Part shown: positions 26,098-37,875 of the stretch, piece by piece
Numbering within the stretch: position 1 is the stretch's first letter
Layout of the letters: the number at the start of each line of letters is the position of its first letter
NCBI GenBank assembly: GCA_020536535.1
Contig: JAHLWZ010000253.1
Span: forward strand, 101,154 to 165,153
Origin: Pelomyxa schiedti
Lineage: Eukaryota > Protista > Evosea
Direction: 5' to 3'
Length of the DNA: 64,000 nt
Notes under the pieces: model-generated
Seen by the model: the letters and a program-made list of their open reading frames with translations, nothing else
Databases searched by the model: none
What the model was told of the DNA's origin: nothing
Position numbers and translations under genes: made by a program

Positions 26098-26898
26098 TTA
26101 ACTCATCCTCTGGTAGGTTCCTACATGCTTGTGGCAACTGTGGCAGTGGTGCTCTACATCCTAGATACAGGTAAATATGGTGTAAATGACTGATACTTCT
26201 AGTACCTTGCAGTCCTCCAAACAGAAGGGAATGAAGCAGCAGCCAAGGGGAGCAAAGAGACAAATCACACCTTGAAATAGTTAACCATGTGTGGTAAAAC
26301 CTGCGTTAACTATACCAGCAACAACCCAAGTAAACAAGCCGGTATTGTAATGCAACTTGGTTGTACCCACCTCATTGCAATGCTGGCATTGAATCTTCAC
26401 GGGACTAAAGTACAAATTAATTAAACAAAGAGGCAATCGTTGTGAAGACGCACATGTCTCTGTATCTTACAGTAGAGCCATTAGGTGCAGCAGGGGGTGC
26501 CGGGGCGACAACTACAACACAAACGGTAAGTATCAAGAATACTAAGAATACGCAATAAGCGCAGACCGTAAGTAACAGGGGGCTGCTGAACATAGACCAC
26601 ATTTGGAGCAGCCGTAGGGGCAGGGGCAACAACGTAGGTAGTACCACCGGGGGCAGCTCCTGGCCCAGGTGCTGTAGGAGGATACGCCCCTGGGGGATAA
26701 GCACCGGGCGGGTACGCGCCGGGCGCAGACGCCTGTGACGCGTAGTACGCTTGTTGTTCTGGAGTTATCACTGGTGTGTATGGTTTGCGGATTAGCGACA
26801 TAAAAAGGTACGCAACAAGGTTAGATGGTAACGACTAATATTGAACCGCAAAGTAGTGGATGTGTACCTTGTGGGGGAGGATACTGTTCCGCCGACAT
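26098..26898 (-). CDS. LITAF/CDIP1 zinc-ribbon membrane-associated protein
   Basis: Pro-rich PPGAY repeats; IQCQHCNEVGTT..GLFTWVV..CCFIPFCLEDCK..HHCHSCHKHVGTY. Confidence 0.9.
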
Positions 26899-27029
26899 AG
26901 ATCTCTTCCGCTAGGTTTTTATTTTTTTTTTTCTTTTATGATTGAACTAACCGAAGCACCAGTTGAGATCCAGTTTTGAAGAACAGAAAATCAAACGGGA
27001 AATTTTCATATTCAGCTAATCCCATCACG

Positions 27030-28295
27030 ATGTCGCGGGAGATCTCGGCCACCACTTCACCCGAGGTGCACCCAGGCGAAAATGGGGATACAAGAAACAA
27101 CACTTCGGCTGCTAAGACAGTGCCGCGTTGCCACGATCGCAGCGAGGAGGATTTCTTCGGGCTGCAAAACATCGACCCTGACGATCCTCTGTCGTTGGAC
27201 TGTGGCGGCATTGACCCTCGTTTGGTCGAGAAATGGCGCACTTCGGCGTTCCCTTGCGAATTGCCCGAGGACCAGGAGGCTGTGGAACCTACCCCTCACA
27301 AAAACCCTGGGACTTGTGCTTCCTCGAGCACGGCGCCGTCCGGTGCGGGTGTCAAATATGCAGTTGCACATGCAAACACCGCCGTAATTCCGGAGGAGCG
27401 ACCGGACTTGTGGGATCCTGTGAAGCACCGGTGGAAAGCTCGCAAGTCGAGTGCCTCTGTTGAGAGTTGGTGACTCTATGATACTTCTTTTTGTTGGGTT
27501 CGCACTTAGTCACTCTGTTGCAGTTGGAAGTGCCACATGCCTGGTCACTTGCCTCAAGATTGCACTGTGAAGTGCGTCTCTGATTTAGAGGAAACTACCG
27601 CACGCCAAAAGAACTTCCTTCATAGATTTCATCGGAAGAAAGTTTTTCTGCAAGCCCTTCGCCATATTTACTGGTTTGATTTGCAGATGCAATCAGCTCG
27701 ATCAATGTGAAACTGCAAAATGCGCTCAGTGCTGCTCCCGTGATGACCTTTTTTCCTGCCTTGCCTGCGATATATTTTTGTGCGATACTCAAAGCCACTT
27801 GGTCACACATCTGCAACAGTTCCCTTCACACTTCATGCTTTATTCCTTCAAACTTAAGTCGCAGGTAACATATTTAAATTCTACTTTCAACGTGAAACTA
27901 ATACAACGATCATCCAGATAAAATGCTGCAATAACATGTGCACTGAAATGTTTGTAGTTATGTTCAAGCCCTTACATTCATGCATTAACAGGAATATATA
28001 TAATCTCCTTATCTGTACTAAGTGTGTTGAATCTGAGATAGAGAAAAGCACCAGACGTGTTTCCAGGTAAAAGGTGGTGCAAACTCCATCTTGCTAACTT
28101 GATCCACTCAGGCAAACCAAGAGACTAAAGACTATCAGGAATTGCATCGCCTGTGAACTACACTTCTCGTGGTATTTTCCTGCATGTCTCGTAGTTTCTA
28201 AACAACTAAGGCATATCATGAACTGCGGCGTAGCAGCCGACAATCCCCTAGTTGATAGGCAGTCCCTTGACACCACACTGTTTGACTTCCTGTGA
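27030..28295 (+). CDS. Cys/His-rich zinc-finger protein (CCHC knuckle + UBP-type-like Zn finger)
   Basis: CWKCHMPGHLPQDC; CAQC..LFSCLACDIFLC..HLVTH....H. Confidence 0.6.
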
Positions 28296-28412
28296 GTTTA
28301 CAAAACAAAAGAGTTGTTCGCGAAGAGTACAGATAGAAAAAGGAAATATTGTTTGCTCTTATACTTCAAATTGTGACAAGTGGGAATGAAAACTGGTTTT
28401 GTGACTTGTAAC

Positions 28413-31400
28413 TCAAGCAAGCCTGGTGCGAACTTCCTGTGCAGTCTGGGACCACTCCCTATAAAAAAGAGGTTAGGAATTGCGAGGTGGAGCGGGAGGG
28501 CAAAGGCAACAGACCTTGGTAAAAGACCGACGGCGATGGCAAGGTCAACAACTCTAAGGGCTCTGATGAGGACTGGTTTGTCAACCATTTTCGGGCGGCC
28601 CTTCTTGCCAATTATTTTGACAACACCGGAGGTTGGGTTCTTGAGGAATGCTGTGAGTGCGGAGGTGGCTTCATCAATATCCGGTTTTTCCGGGTTGAAG
28701 CAACGATTGACAACGGGAATCTAGAAGACCGGTTAAAATATAAGAAAAAATTTAAAACGCCTCGTACTTGGTTGGGGTGAATGCACCGCTTTCCAAACAT
28801 GCCCATCTTTTTGGCACGGGCAATAGCTTTTTCAATTCCCTCGTTATCATCGAGAGTGCTATACACCACATCAATCATCGGTACGCCTGCAGGAAGTTAG
28901 ACAAGTGAGTACTTGAGCTCTAACTCACCAGCTGTGCAAGCGGCGTTGCTGACTCGGTGAAGTGCCCACTGGGACTCTTCGTCAGATTCGGTGCGCTCTA
29001 CTCCACGGTCAGCAGTATAGTCTTCCAGACCCATTGATACACCAATGATATTTGGTGAAGCACGGCAGATTTCGAAGGCGCTACAGCCAAATTAGCATCA
29101 CTCTTAAAGTTGATTGCATACTTCTCAACTCCCAGGGCACTCTCAATCAAACAAACGAGAAGAATCGGGCTTGTTTCAACATGAAGAACTTCACAGATTT
29201 TCTGTTCAAGCCTGACGATTTCCTCTCTCGTTTCGACCTTGGGAACAACCAAAACATCAACTGAAGAATGTGGAAGAACAGCCTCCAAATCAGCCCACCC
29301 AAGTTCGTTCTAGTAAGAAATTAGAGTGAAGGCAATTCAGAGGAGTGGCATACAACGCCATTGATCCTAATCATTTTCTCCACATTGCCAAAGTCTACAG
29401 AGTTTCTTAAGGCGTGCCTAACTACAACTCTGGCGAAATCTTTTTGGGCAGGGTCGACAGCATCCTCAAGATCCAGAATAACACCGTCTGCACCACTCGC
29501 GCCACCCTTGCCAACCATGTAGGCATCGGCTCCGGGAATATACAGGTGAGACCTGCGCATGGGCCTGTTGCGTTGGGGTGCTGGGTACACCCGTTTCTCT
29601 CCAACGTTGAACGCCTTTGAGAGAGGAACGTTGAATGTCCGTCGTATCTGTGTCTCCAGTGAAGCAGCAAGGACAAAGTCACGAGCGTAGTCGTATTTTA
29701 TGGTAAGGTGGACATTGTTAATTGCGTAGAAGGCAAGAATGTCAAGAGCCATTTGTTTAGCTTGGGCTGGAGTCACATAAGGAGTGTTATCAAGGCAGAC
29801 TACTTCAACTGAAGTTTCTGGTTGATCTGTTTGGGAGCAGGGGAGTTGGAAACTGTGTATATTAGAAGAGGTCTACTTTGCTTGATTTCAATTTTTGCGC
29901 TGTTAATTCCCATTCCCTTTCTGTCCAATGGTTGTCTGACGATATCAAGAACAGTACCATCTCTCCATTCGAGTACACCAATGATTCTATCTATGAGAGA
30001 AGATTAAAAAAAATTGTTTCCTAATTAGAGGCAGCAAACCCATTGTCATTGGGAGTGTGTGCATGCGGCCAGCTTTCTCAATGCCCCTCTCTCTGAGGTA
30101 CTGTATCGATACAAGTTTAAACCCAAGCTGTTCCTCTGTCTTGCCCTCGAGCTTGGCCAGAAGATCCTTGCGTCTGGGGTTAATAGCAACTCCTTCTTCA
30201 GTAACAATTGCACCGATGCATTCACCCTTAAAAAGAGTCATATTAATGGAGTTGAGAGGTTTGAAATACCGGAGTGGTGATTGTTGTTACGTGATCAACA
30301 ATGCCGGGGTTGCATCTTCTGGCAACAGGCATTGTAATTATTGTGAGTTTTGCACCAGCGGCAGTGTCTTGATGGCCACCGGTGTTGTGCTGGAAACTGC
30401 CATCAGAGTGGGTGTTGACGTTGCCTTCAAATGTCATTAGTGGAAAACAATGAGAATGGCTTACAGTTGAACTCCACATCAACTTCAGTTCCTCCAGCAA
30501 CCATAACGTCAAGCTGATTACAGACATTCCCGCAGTTGTGGGGGTTAGCATATCTGAAGAATGTGAGATGGCTAGAGGTTTGGAATCCATTATTACTGGT
30601 CAATGTCTGTCTCCACGTGCTTAGGGTAGTCTTCTACCATGGACCTCACAGCTGTAAGATCGAAGGCTTGGCAAGTTGTTAGCTTTCTCACAAGTCCCTG
30701 AGTAACAGTGAATGATATTTTCTCTTATATGTCACACACCTTTTTGAGCATGTCCACAAGAATGCAGGTGGTGCCGCCATTAGCCATTTTCGCACTGATT
30801 TTCTTTTGTGCCAATTTAGCAGACAGAGCAGTCATTGCTGTCAGAGATGTGCCACCTGATCCAGCCTAAAGAAAATCAATAATTTCAAATTGCTAACGAA
30901 AAAGGATACTTGGAAAATAAGATCGGGAGTAAGAAGACCAAGTGCATCCATCAAACGAGCACAAGATTCACCAATGGAAAGTACTGCAAAGTGTCATTTC
31001 ATGTCTCTTTCTTTTGTGTGGGTAGGTACCTTGAGGGTCAGTACTGAGCCTTGTTGTTCCGCCCACGATTTTCTTGTTGTCTCCAATTGATTTCACACAA
31101 ACTACATAGTCTACATAGTTTTCACTGATGCTTATTGGAGTGCAGGGGTACTCCACAAGGTTGTCGGTAACAACAACGACGTACTTGGCCAATTTGGCAT
31201 CAATTGCAGAATAAGCAAGAGGGCCGCAGGCACTGAGTCCGTTCACACCATTGCAATTTCCTTACACAGGTCAGAAAAGTTAGCTCAAAGTGACTATGTA
31301 CCCTGGGTGTCAGAAGCAGAGGCAGCAATGAAAGCAATATCAATTTTAATATCTCCTTCTTTTATGGCTCTGACACGGGCACCATGGGACCTAACCACCA

Positions 31401-32071
31401 TCATGCCTTTCAGGTCACCAGCAGAGACGGACCTTCAGAAGGTGACTAATAAATTCTAAAGGTATGAGAATACAATCCAAGAGAGTCGTTGGCTCCGGTT
31501 TGAATGTTCGTGACAGTGCCATCCTTGAACATTTCGATGAGCTCCTTTTGCCCGTCGTGCAGGGATGAAGGAGCAAGGTTAATGTTACGGAAACCCATCT
31601 TGCGCATTTCTTTCATTACAGGAACCAGAACACCATCACCTCCTCTGGAAAGAAGAGGTTAGGTGGATAAGCGAGAAAGGAGAGGAAAAACCTGAGGTGG
31701 TGGTGGAAAGAGACCGTGATGCCATCTGCAGCACCACATGCCTTAAGAGCAGCCACAATGTCTGGAAGCATCTTGTCAGTGCGGGGTAGCCTATTGAGTG
31801 GCCTGAAGGGGACAGAAGCCGTCACTACCACAAGTTAAAACAGAAATACCGAAACAGTAAAAAAAAAAGGGGCCATACAAGAAGGAGTTGTTGCAAAAGC
31901 GCCCCTGAATGGCTTGGTGGGTCCATAGCCAGGGATGACCTTTGGTATTTTTCTCCCGGCAGCATTGATCCAGTAGTCACCCATATCAACCACCTCCCTA
32001 ACATCGTCGGGGGTGGATGTGGTTGTTGCTGTTGTCGCAGTTGTCGTTGATTCGGGTGCCCCGCTTGCCAT
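28413..32071 (-). CDS. citF-citD-citE: Single-chain citrate lyase fusion: CitF (alpha, CoA/ACP transferase) - CitD-like ACP - CitE (beta, citryl-CoA lyase)
   Basis: CitF: NAAGRKIP..PFRGAF, TVSFHHHLRGGD, RSHGARVRAI, SACGPLAY, FQAGSGG, GGHQDTAAGAKLTII, VTEEGVAINPRRKDL, EWRDGTVLDIVRQ. ACP: LDILAFYAINNVHLTIKYDYARDFVLAASLETQIRR. CitE: RRSHLYIPG, DGVILDLEDAV, VVPKVE, LIESALGV, GLEDY, GKRCIHPNQ, KMVDKPV. Confidence 0.9.
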
Positions 32072-32511
32072 GCCTCTTCACTGTTATTTTTTGTATTTGT
32101 TGTAGGGTTTTTTTTATTTTTTGATTTTGAAGTGTCGCTAATTAAAAGTGGTGTTGCTTTCTCAGTGTGTTTTTTTAGATTAGGATAACACGCTTAGAAC
32201 GAAAAACGAAAAAATTGTGGAACTTTCCTCTTCCACTGCCTTCCCGGGATTTCATCCACGATTCAGCTCTAGAGCGTAGGGACACCGGTGTAACATCACG
32301 AAAAAACAACAAGCAAAAAAAAAGGACTTGTTGGAAGCTCGTGCTTCTTTCTTGTTATGTGCAAAGGGTGCACTACTGTTAAGGTGCACTTGAGAATTCT
32401 AGAATTGAGAAGGCATAGAACTTCTCAATGGCAATTGGGTGTGTAGGTGATTGTTGCAGGGGTGGAATGTGTTATTTTCTGGATTGTGGTGGTTGTTTTA
32501 TCACCTGTGTC

Positions 32512-35193
32512 TCAGAAGCGGAAGTTTTCGGCATTCATAGCCCAGGAGAATTTCTCTCTAAGACTGGAGAAAACCCTTTCAATGGGCAGTCCAACTTTTT
32601 TGCACCAAGAAACAGAAATGCGAGGGTCCAGGTAATTGAGTTTTGACGTGCCCAGTGCATAGGTTTCTGTGTTTCCCTGGGAAAAAAGGTGGTCCATGGA
32701 TTCATATTAATAACGTAATACCTGGGAAGATATGACCCCTTCGATTTGTGCCACTTTTTGTTCAATTGTTACAAGCCGTTTCTTACTGTTGTGAGAGACA
32801 CCATGGTAGTCTTGGTTCGTACCGCACATAGTCCAGTACTATCGGGGATAGTAACTGCTGGATCGGTCTCCCCCTTCCCTGGGGAGACTTCTACATCCAT
32901 GCCATCTTCTGTTGGTTTTCCATTTAGTTTCCAAAGCTGTTTGAGTATCATTTTTTTCTCGTGGTTAAGTGCGAGCAACTATAGATTGACATCAGATTTA
33001 AATGTGATGTCAATTTTAACCTCTGCTTCAAATCTCTTCTTACTTGCAGAAAAAGCAATCTCATTCACTGGGTTCATGTGGCCACACAGAACAGCTACTT
33101 GTTTAATGCAATTGTTGTAAAATTGCAATTTTATTTCTAGTGACGCTTCAGCAGGAGGTGGATCATTATTAAGTTCTTGTTCAAGAGTGAACGATGCGTT
33201 ATAGGTTCGAAACACCTACTATAGTGGAAGTTGTGGGAATTTGAATGACTAGTAACCTTAGCAGATAAGCCTTCCATAAAGGATTGAATATAGTGATTTA
33301 GTAGAGTAGTACTAAGAGCAGAAAACAAGCTTTCTGAGGGGGCCTTCCCCGTAGTGAACTCTTTTAAGTTATTGAAAACAGGTTCACAGACCTGTACTTC
33401 ATAAGTTGACAATATTAAAAATCCTTTCCTGCACCTGAATAGTGTTTTGGTAATGCATTGAGTCTTTTGCAAGAAAATCAAATGAAACAGAACAAGGTTC
33501 GGGTGAATTAGACAACTTGATGTGTTCAACACACAGAGTGCAACACCCGATAGTACCTGCGTCTGCTTCTACCTTCTCATTCCCAACACAAAGTGCCTAT
33601 GAGATGTAAATACAGATATAACAATAGAGCAGAATACTAGTCTATCAATAAAATAGAGAGCTGTTGATCGTTGTTTTTCTAAGGGGTCAGAAGAAATAAA
33701 ACCTCTTGAATAGGCTTCACGAATTTGATCGATTGAAAGCTGTCAAGATGATTAAAGTAATCAACCAATCACAGGTATCTTGCCGCCAATTTTCTGGCTT
33801 TCTCATATTTCTCCATTACAGAAGCCCCTTGGAGACTAAAACTGGGGTGTAACCAAATATACTTGAAAACCCCATTCACTTTTTCTCGCCAAAAGGCTAA
33901 CCACGCCACCTCATTATTATGAACAACCTGGTTCCAGTTATGTCCCTCAATAGGGCATGGCGGAATATCTTCACCTTGTACTGTTCAACTTCTGGAAAAA
34001 AAATTGACATAGAACCTCGTCCAATGTTGATCGTCACATCCTCAGGCATCACTCTTTCCTAAAAGAATACTGAGAAGCAGGTGAGGGAATATCCATCGCA
34101 CCTTGATATGACCAGCAAGAGGGTGCTGCCCACGCCCTAGGAATAATCCTGGTGGTTCTATAGTGAAATTTGCAATGCGTTCTTTTTTCCCATCCACAGT
34201 GGCCCACCCATATTTCTCTCTGAGTTGCTCCTTCTGTACTTTCTCTTTCTATGACCCAAATTAACAGGGAAATTGTGGTGGTGACATACATTTATTTCCT
34301 CTTGTGTGCGCAGTTTTCTAACTTGGGACTGTTGATTCAGGTAGGCATGTATTTTTGTAAAGTCACACAAAGAAAAATCGGTGATGATTGTGGCAGCAGG
34401 GTCATGAAATTCCTGGGGATGTGATCAGATAAATTACCGAGGGTCAGAAAGGGAGCCTTCAGTTTGAGTTTAAAGTCGTGGAAGAAATTCTGCTGGAATC
34501 TCTCCTGCTTCACATGATCAGAATCTAAGTACCTGGCATACCATGTGGCAATCTCTTCAGCTTTGGGTGTCAAGGTGATTGGAGTTCCTTATGCTTACAT
34601 AAGCGGTAACTGTAACAAAGAGCTAGAAACCATTATAATAAAGTTCTTGTCTATGTGGAACATAATCTGGAGGGAAAAGAGGACCATTATGTGATAAAGT
34701 TTCCCATTTATGACCACCTTTTGGCCTTTCATCTTCCTTTTAAGTATTGAGGGAAAAATCAGAAGACCAAACTTACTGATGAAAAGTCCTGCTCGCTGGC
34801 ATCCCTCTTTGTTGGCGGAATAGCTGGGATGAAAGAGGCACTCTTTAGTACTTCTTTGTTAGTTAACTTGGGCTCAGGACAGTCTTTCTTTGTAGAAACG
34901 GTTTTTCTGGTTGATTTCCATACAGCCACAGGTCTCTAGAATTACTATTATTTCATACTGTTTTCAATGCAGGTAAGAAAAAAAGTACATTACAAGAAGT
35001 TTTGGGCACTGACAATTTCCACATGGGGCCTTCATAAGGTGAGGTTGAAGAAAGAGAGAGAAAAAGACAAACGTCTTGATGGCATGAACTCAGAAGTGTT
35101 GAAAACAGGTTGCCCAGATATGAATGTTGTGGGCATCGGGTCAGAAACTTCAGTGGTTGTGACCACTGACGGGAGTAATGCTCCGTGTGTCAT
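32512..35193 (-). CDS. TOP1: DNA topoisomerase IB (divergent; catalytic Arg position is Cys); start uncertain
   Basis: [68 protein letters not shown]. Confidence 0.92.
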
Positions 35194-35520
35194 TAGCTCT
35201 GTTTCTGAAGACGGTGACGACAACAACGCAGAAGAACACGAAAAAGTCGGAACGGCAACATTGAGAGAGGTTGCCAGAGTGAATTTGTCGTCGCAGCCCA
35301 CAGTGTTTGCCTCTGTTCCTTTTTGATCAAGAGCAGAGCCGAGTGGAGGTTGTTCGCTCTTCATAGGCCACCACGACGCCTGGGGATGAGGGAAATTCTC
35401 GACTTGCTGATCAAATTCCTGTGTATTGAGTCCCCCCAAGTTGCCGTGGTGTTGGTGCTGATAAGCAGCGTTTCTGGCTGCCGGATTCCCTTTCAAACAA
35501 ACTAACACTCCCAAGAGAAA

Positions 35521-36153
35521 ATGGCTTTATTGCGCCGCGGATCGCAAGGCCCGCTCGTTGCACAGCTTCAGAGTGCACTCGGTGTCCCAGGAGACGGAGT
35601 ATTTGGCCCAGCAACAGAAGCGGCTGTCAAACAGTTCCAAGCCAACAACGGGCTGGCTGATGATGGCATAGCAGGACCACTGACCCTTGGTGCCCTGGGA
35701 ATCGGGGGTGGTGGTTATGCCAGAATGTATGTACAGAATCAGGGGGGATGCTCAGGGCACTGGACTGGGAAGCCTGTGGGAACTTGTTACACAGGGAGTG
35801 GCTGCTGGGCATGTGCAAAGGGCTGTGCTATTCTCTGTGTTTTGGCTCTTGAGGGCTTGGTGGGTATTTGCTTTTTTTTTTTCTTTGGTACTGCAGACAA
35901 CTATAAATTTGCTTTCCAATAGGAGCCAAATAGGGATAATATCACAACACGTTTGAATGGAAATGCTGATGTTGTGTGGGCTGGGTTCACACAAGGCCCC
36001 ACTGGTGGGCACTTTCCAGCCATTGTTAAACTGGCCTCACGACAGCACTATGTAATTGTCACAGGACAAACCAACAGTGGGTACCAGATCTGGGATCCTA
36101 GTGGTGGCAGCACCTATGTAACAACTGACTTGTCTTTGACAGACCACCATTAA
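35521..36153 (+). CDS. Peptidoglycan-binding domain + C39-like cysteine peptidase (putative lysin); 3' end uncertain
   Basis: LRRGSQGPLVAQLQSAL..DGVFGPATEAAVKQFQANNGLADDGIAGPLT (PG_binding_1); YVQ..GCAI..QHYVIVTG..YQIWDP (C39-like Q/C/H/D). Confidence 0.8.
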
Positions 36154-36489
36154 TGTTGTTCTCTTACTCGTCTCCAAGCCTATCCTTGATTTTGAAAATT
36201 CTATTTGTTAGAGGGCAAGAGCCGACCTAATGAATGGAATTTGGGAACGAGGTGAACTTGCAAGTTTCGCTTGTTCTCTTTACTCGCGCGGCGACTCGTG
36301 GATTTCGTTGCGTTCTCATCAGCGATCATTGATGAAGGTGCCGACGTGATCACACTTTAGCTAATGCCCAAGAATGGAATCCACAAGCTGATTCTTGGGC
36401 ATTAGCTTCGCGGCCATCATGTTGATCAGCTAAAGTTCTATTTGTATCCGTACCGCTGAAACTGTCATTCTTCACAACAACCGTCATCA

Positions 36490-37707
36490 ATGTCCGCGGT
36501 AGGCCCAAATGCCACAGCACGGAAACCCACAATTGTGGTTCACCTTAGTTCTCGAGATCAGTTCTTTGGGTTGGCCCTGTCCTCCCATCCCCGCTGCGGC
36601 GCCTGCAGCCCCGCGCGCCTTCTTACCTCACAACCAGCCCTGCTGAGGCAATTATGGGATTCCCTGGTATCACCCACAACAACAACTGGCACGAGGACTA
36701 CCTTCGGCGTGGTTGTGTGGATCTGGGAAGCTGATCACAAAACAGGAGCGTACAAGTCCGACAGTATCCTCATGTCTTTCAGTGTTTCTGATTGGCTTGG
36801 TACAACTTGCCCTGGATCTGTGCGTGAGCCTGCTGCGTGGAACCGCCAAAATGTGATGCTGTATGTCCCCACTTGCGTTGTTCCTGAAAACACTGGCAAA
36901 GAGGTGCACGTGATTGAGAGGGCCGGCGACACTGCAACGAATTCCATGTTTCTGAGGCTACCGGTACCGCAAGGGGGAGACGGCAAGGCCAAAGAATACT
37001 TGCTTCACAGGCAAATTGCATATGGAACCGCTGCGGCAAACAGCAAATGGGTTATTCACAGCACATATGGAGTGAAAGGAGTCAGTTTGATAAGGCTCTC
37101 TGACCGCACTGGAAAGAAGCTTCGGGAGAATCAAATTGGAAGTGGCCTCGATGACCCGCCAAGGTTTTTAGGCTTTAACAGGAGCAACCTGGATGAGGCA
37201 GTGATTGCCACTGGAAGATACACACTCGTTTTGATTGACGCTGCGCAGTCATTTTCAGATGGAGCAGCAAGAGTTCTGAGTGAGACAGCATTCCCAGTAT
37301 CCAGCTCATACACTGTGATTGAGACGTGCCTTGTTTTCGGGGATCACCGTGGCCAGCGTTCTTTCGTTTTGTTGGAGGACCACAGAAAGCTGTTTGTTGT
37401 GGAGGAGGGCACTGGTATTTCCAGGCAGCTCTGTTGGCATGTATTGGGGCTGTCACAACTGAATGAAACAACATTCTGTGTGTCAATGGCAACTGAGTAC
37501 CAGCTTTGGGATTCAAATAAACCAGCAACCATGCTTAGGACCTTCCCGATTGACGAGGGAACGATTATTACAGCAGAATGTGGGTTCCTGTTCCACAACG
37601 AGGGTACTGTGATCCATGTTAGAGAGGCAGCAACAGGAACTCTTGTTCTTTCACTCACAAACCTTCCTCATGGGGCTCGTTCATGCATTTCAGGATTTGT
37701 TTGGTGA
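36490..37707 (+). CDS. Intronless hypothetical protein of a lineage-expanded family
   Basis: 405-aa single ORF; N-terminal RDQF..LALSSHPRCGACSPARLL motif, recalled from Pelomyxa-type hypothetical families (not verified). Confidence 0.7.
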   Translation: MSAVGPNATARKPTIVVHLSSRDQFFGLALSSHPRCGACSPARLLTSQPALLRQLWDSLVSPTTTTGTRTTFGVVVWIWEADHKTGAYKSDSILMSFSVSDWLGTTCPGSVREPAAWNRQNVMLYVPTCVVPENTGKEVHVIERAGDTATNSMFLRLPVPQGGDGKAKEYLLHRQIAYGTAAANSKWVIHSTYGVKGVSLIRLSDRTGKKLRENQIGSGLDDPPRFLGFNRSNLDEAVIATGRYTLVLIDAAQSFSDGAARVLSETAFPVSSSYTVIETCLVFGDHRGQRSFVLLEDHRKLFVVEEGTGISRQLCWHVLGLSQLNETTFCVSMATEYQLWDSNKPATMLRTFPIDEGTIITAECGFLFHNEGTVIHVREAATGTLVLSLTNLPHGARSCISGFVW

Positions 37708-37875
37708 CCAGGACGTCATTCTATTTATTTTTAAACCTAAAAAACCTTCTTTATCAGCCAAAGAGTTTTGATAGCTTACCACAACTCAACTGACGCGTCA
37801 GTTTCCATGGATCAATGAATGGGAATGATCATTCCAGTTTTTTTTTCCAGATACGATCTTGGGCAAGGAAAAGCG

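Noticed and set aside
28413-32071. Bacterial contamination or endosymbiont origin of the citrate lyase region
   Set aside because: The gene has many spliceosomal GT-AG introns of the same style as its eukaryotic neighbours
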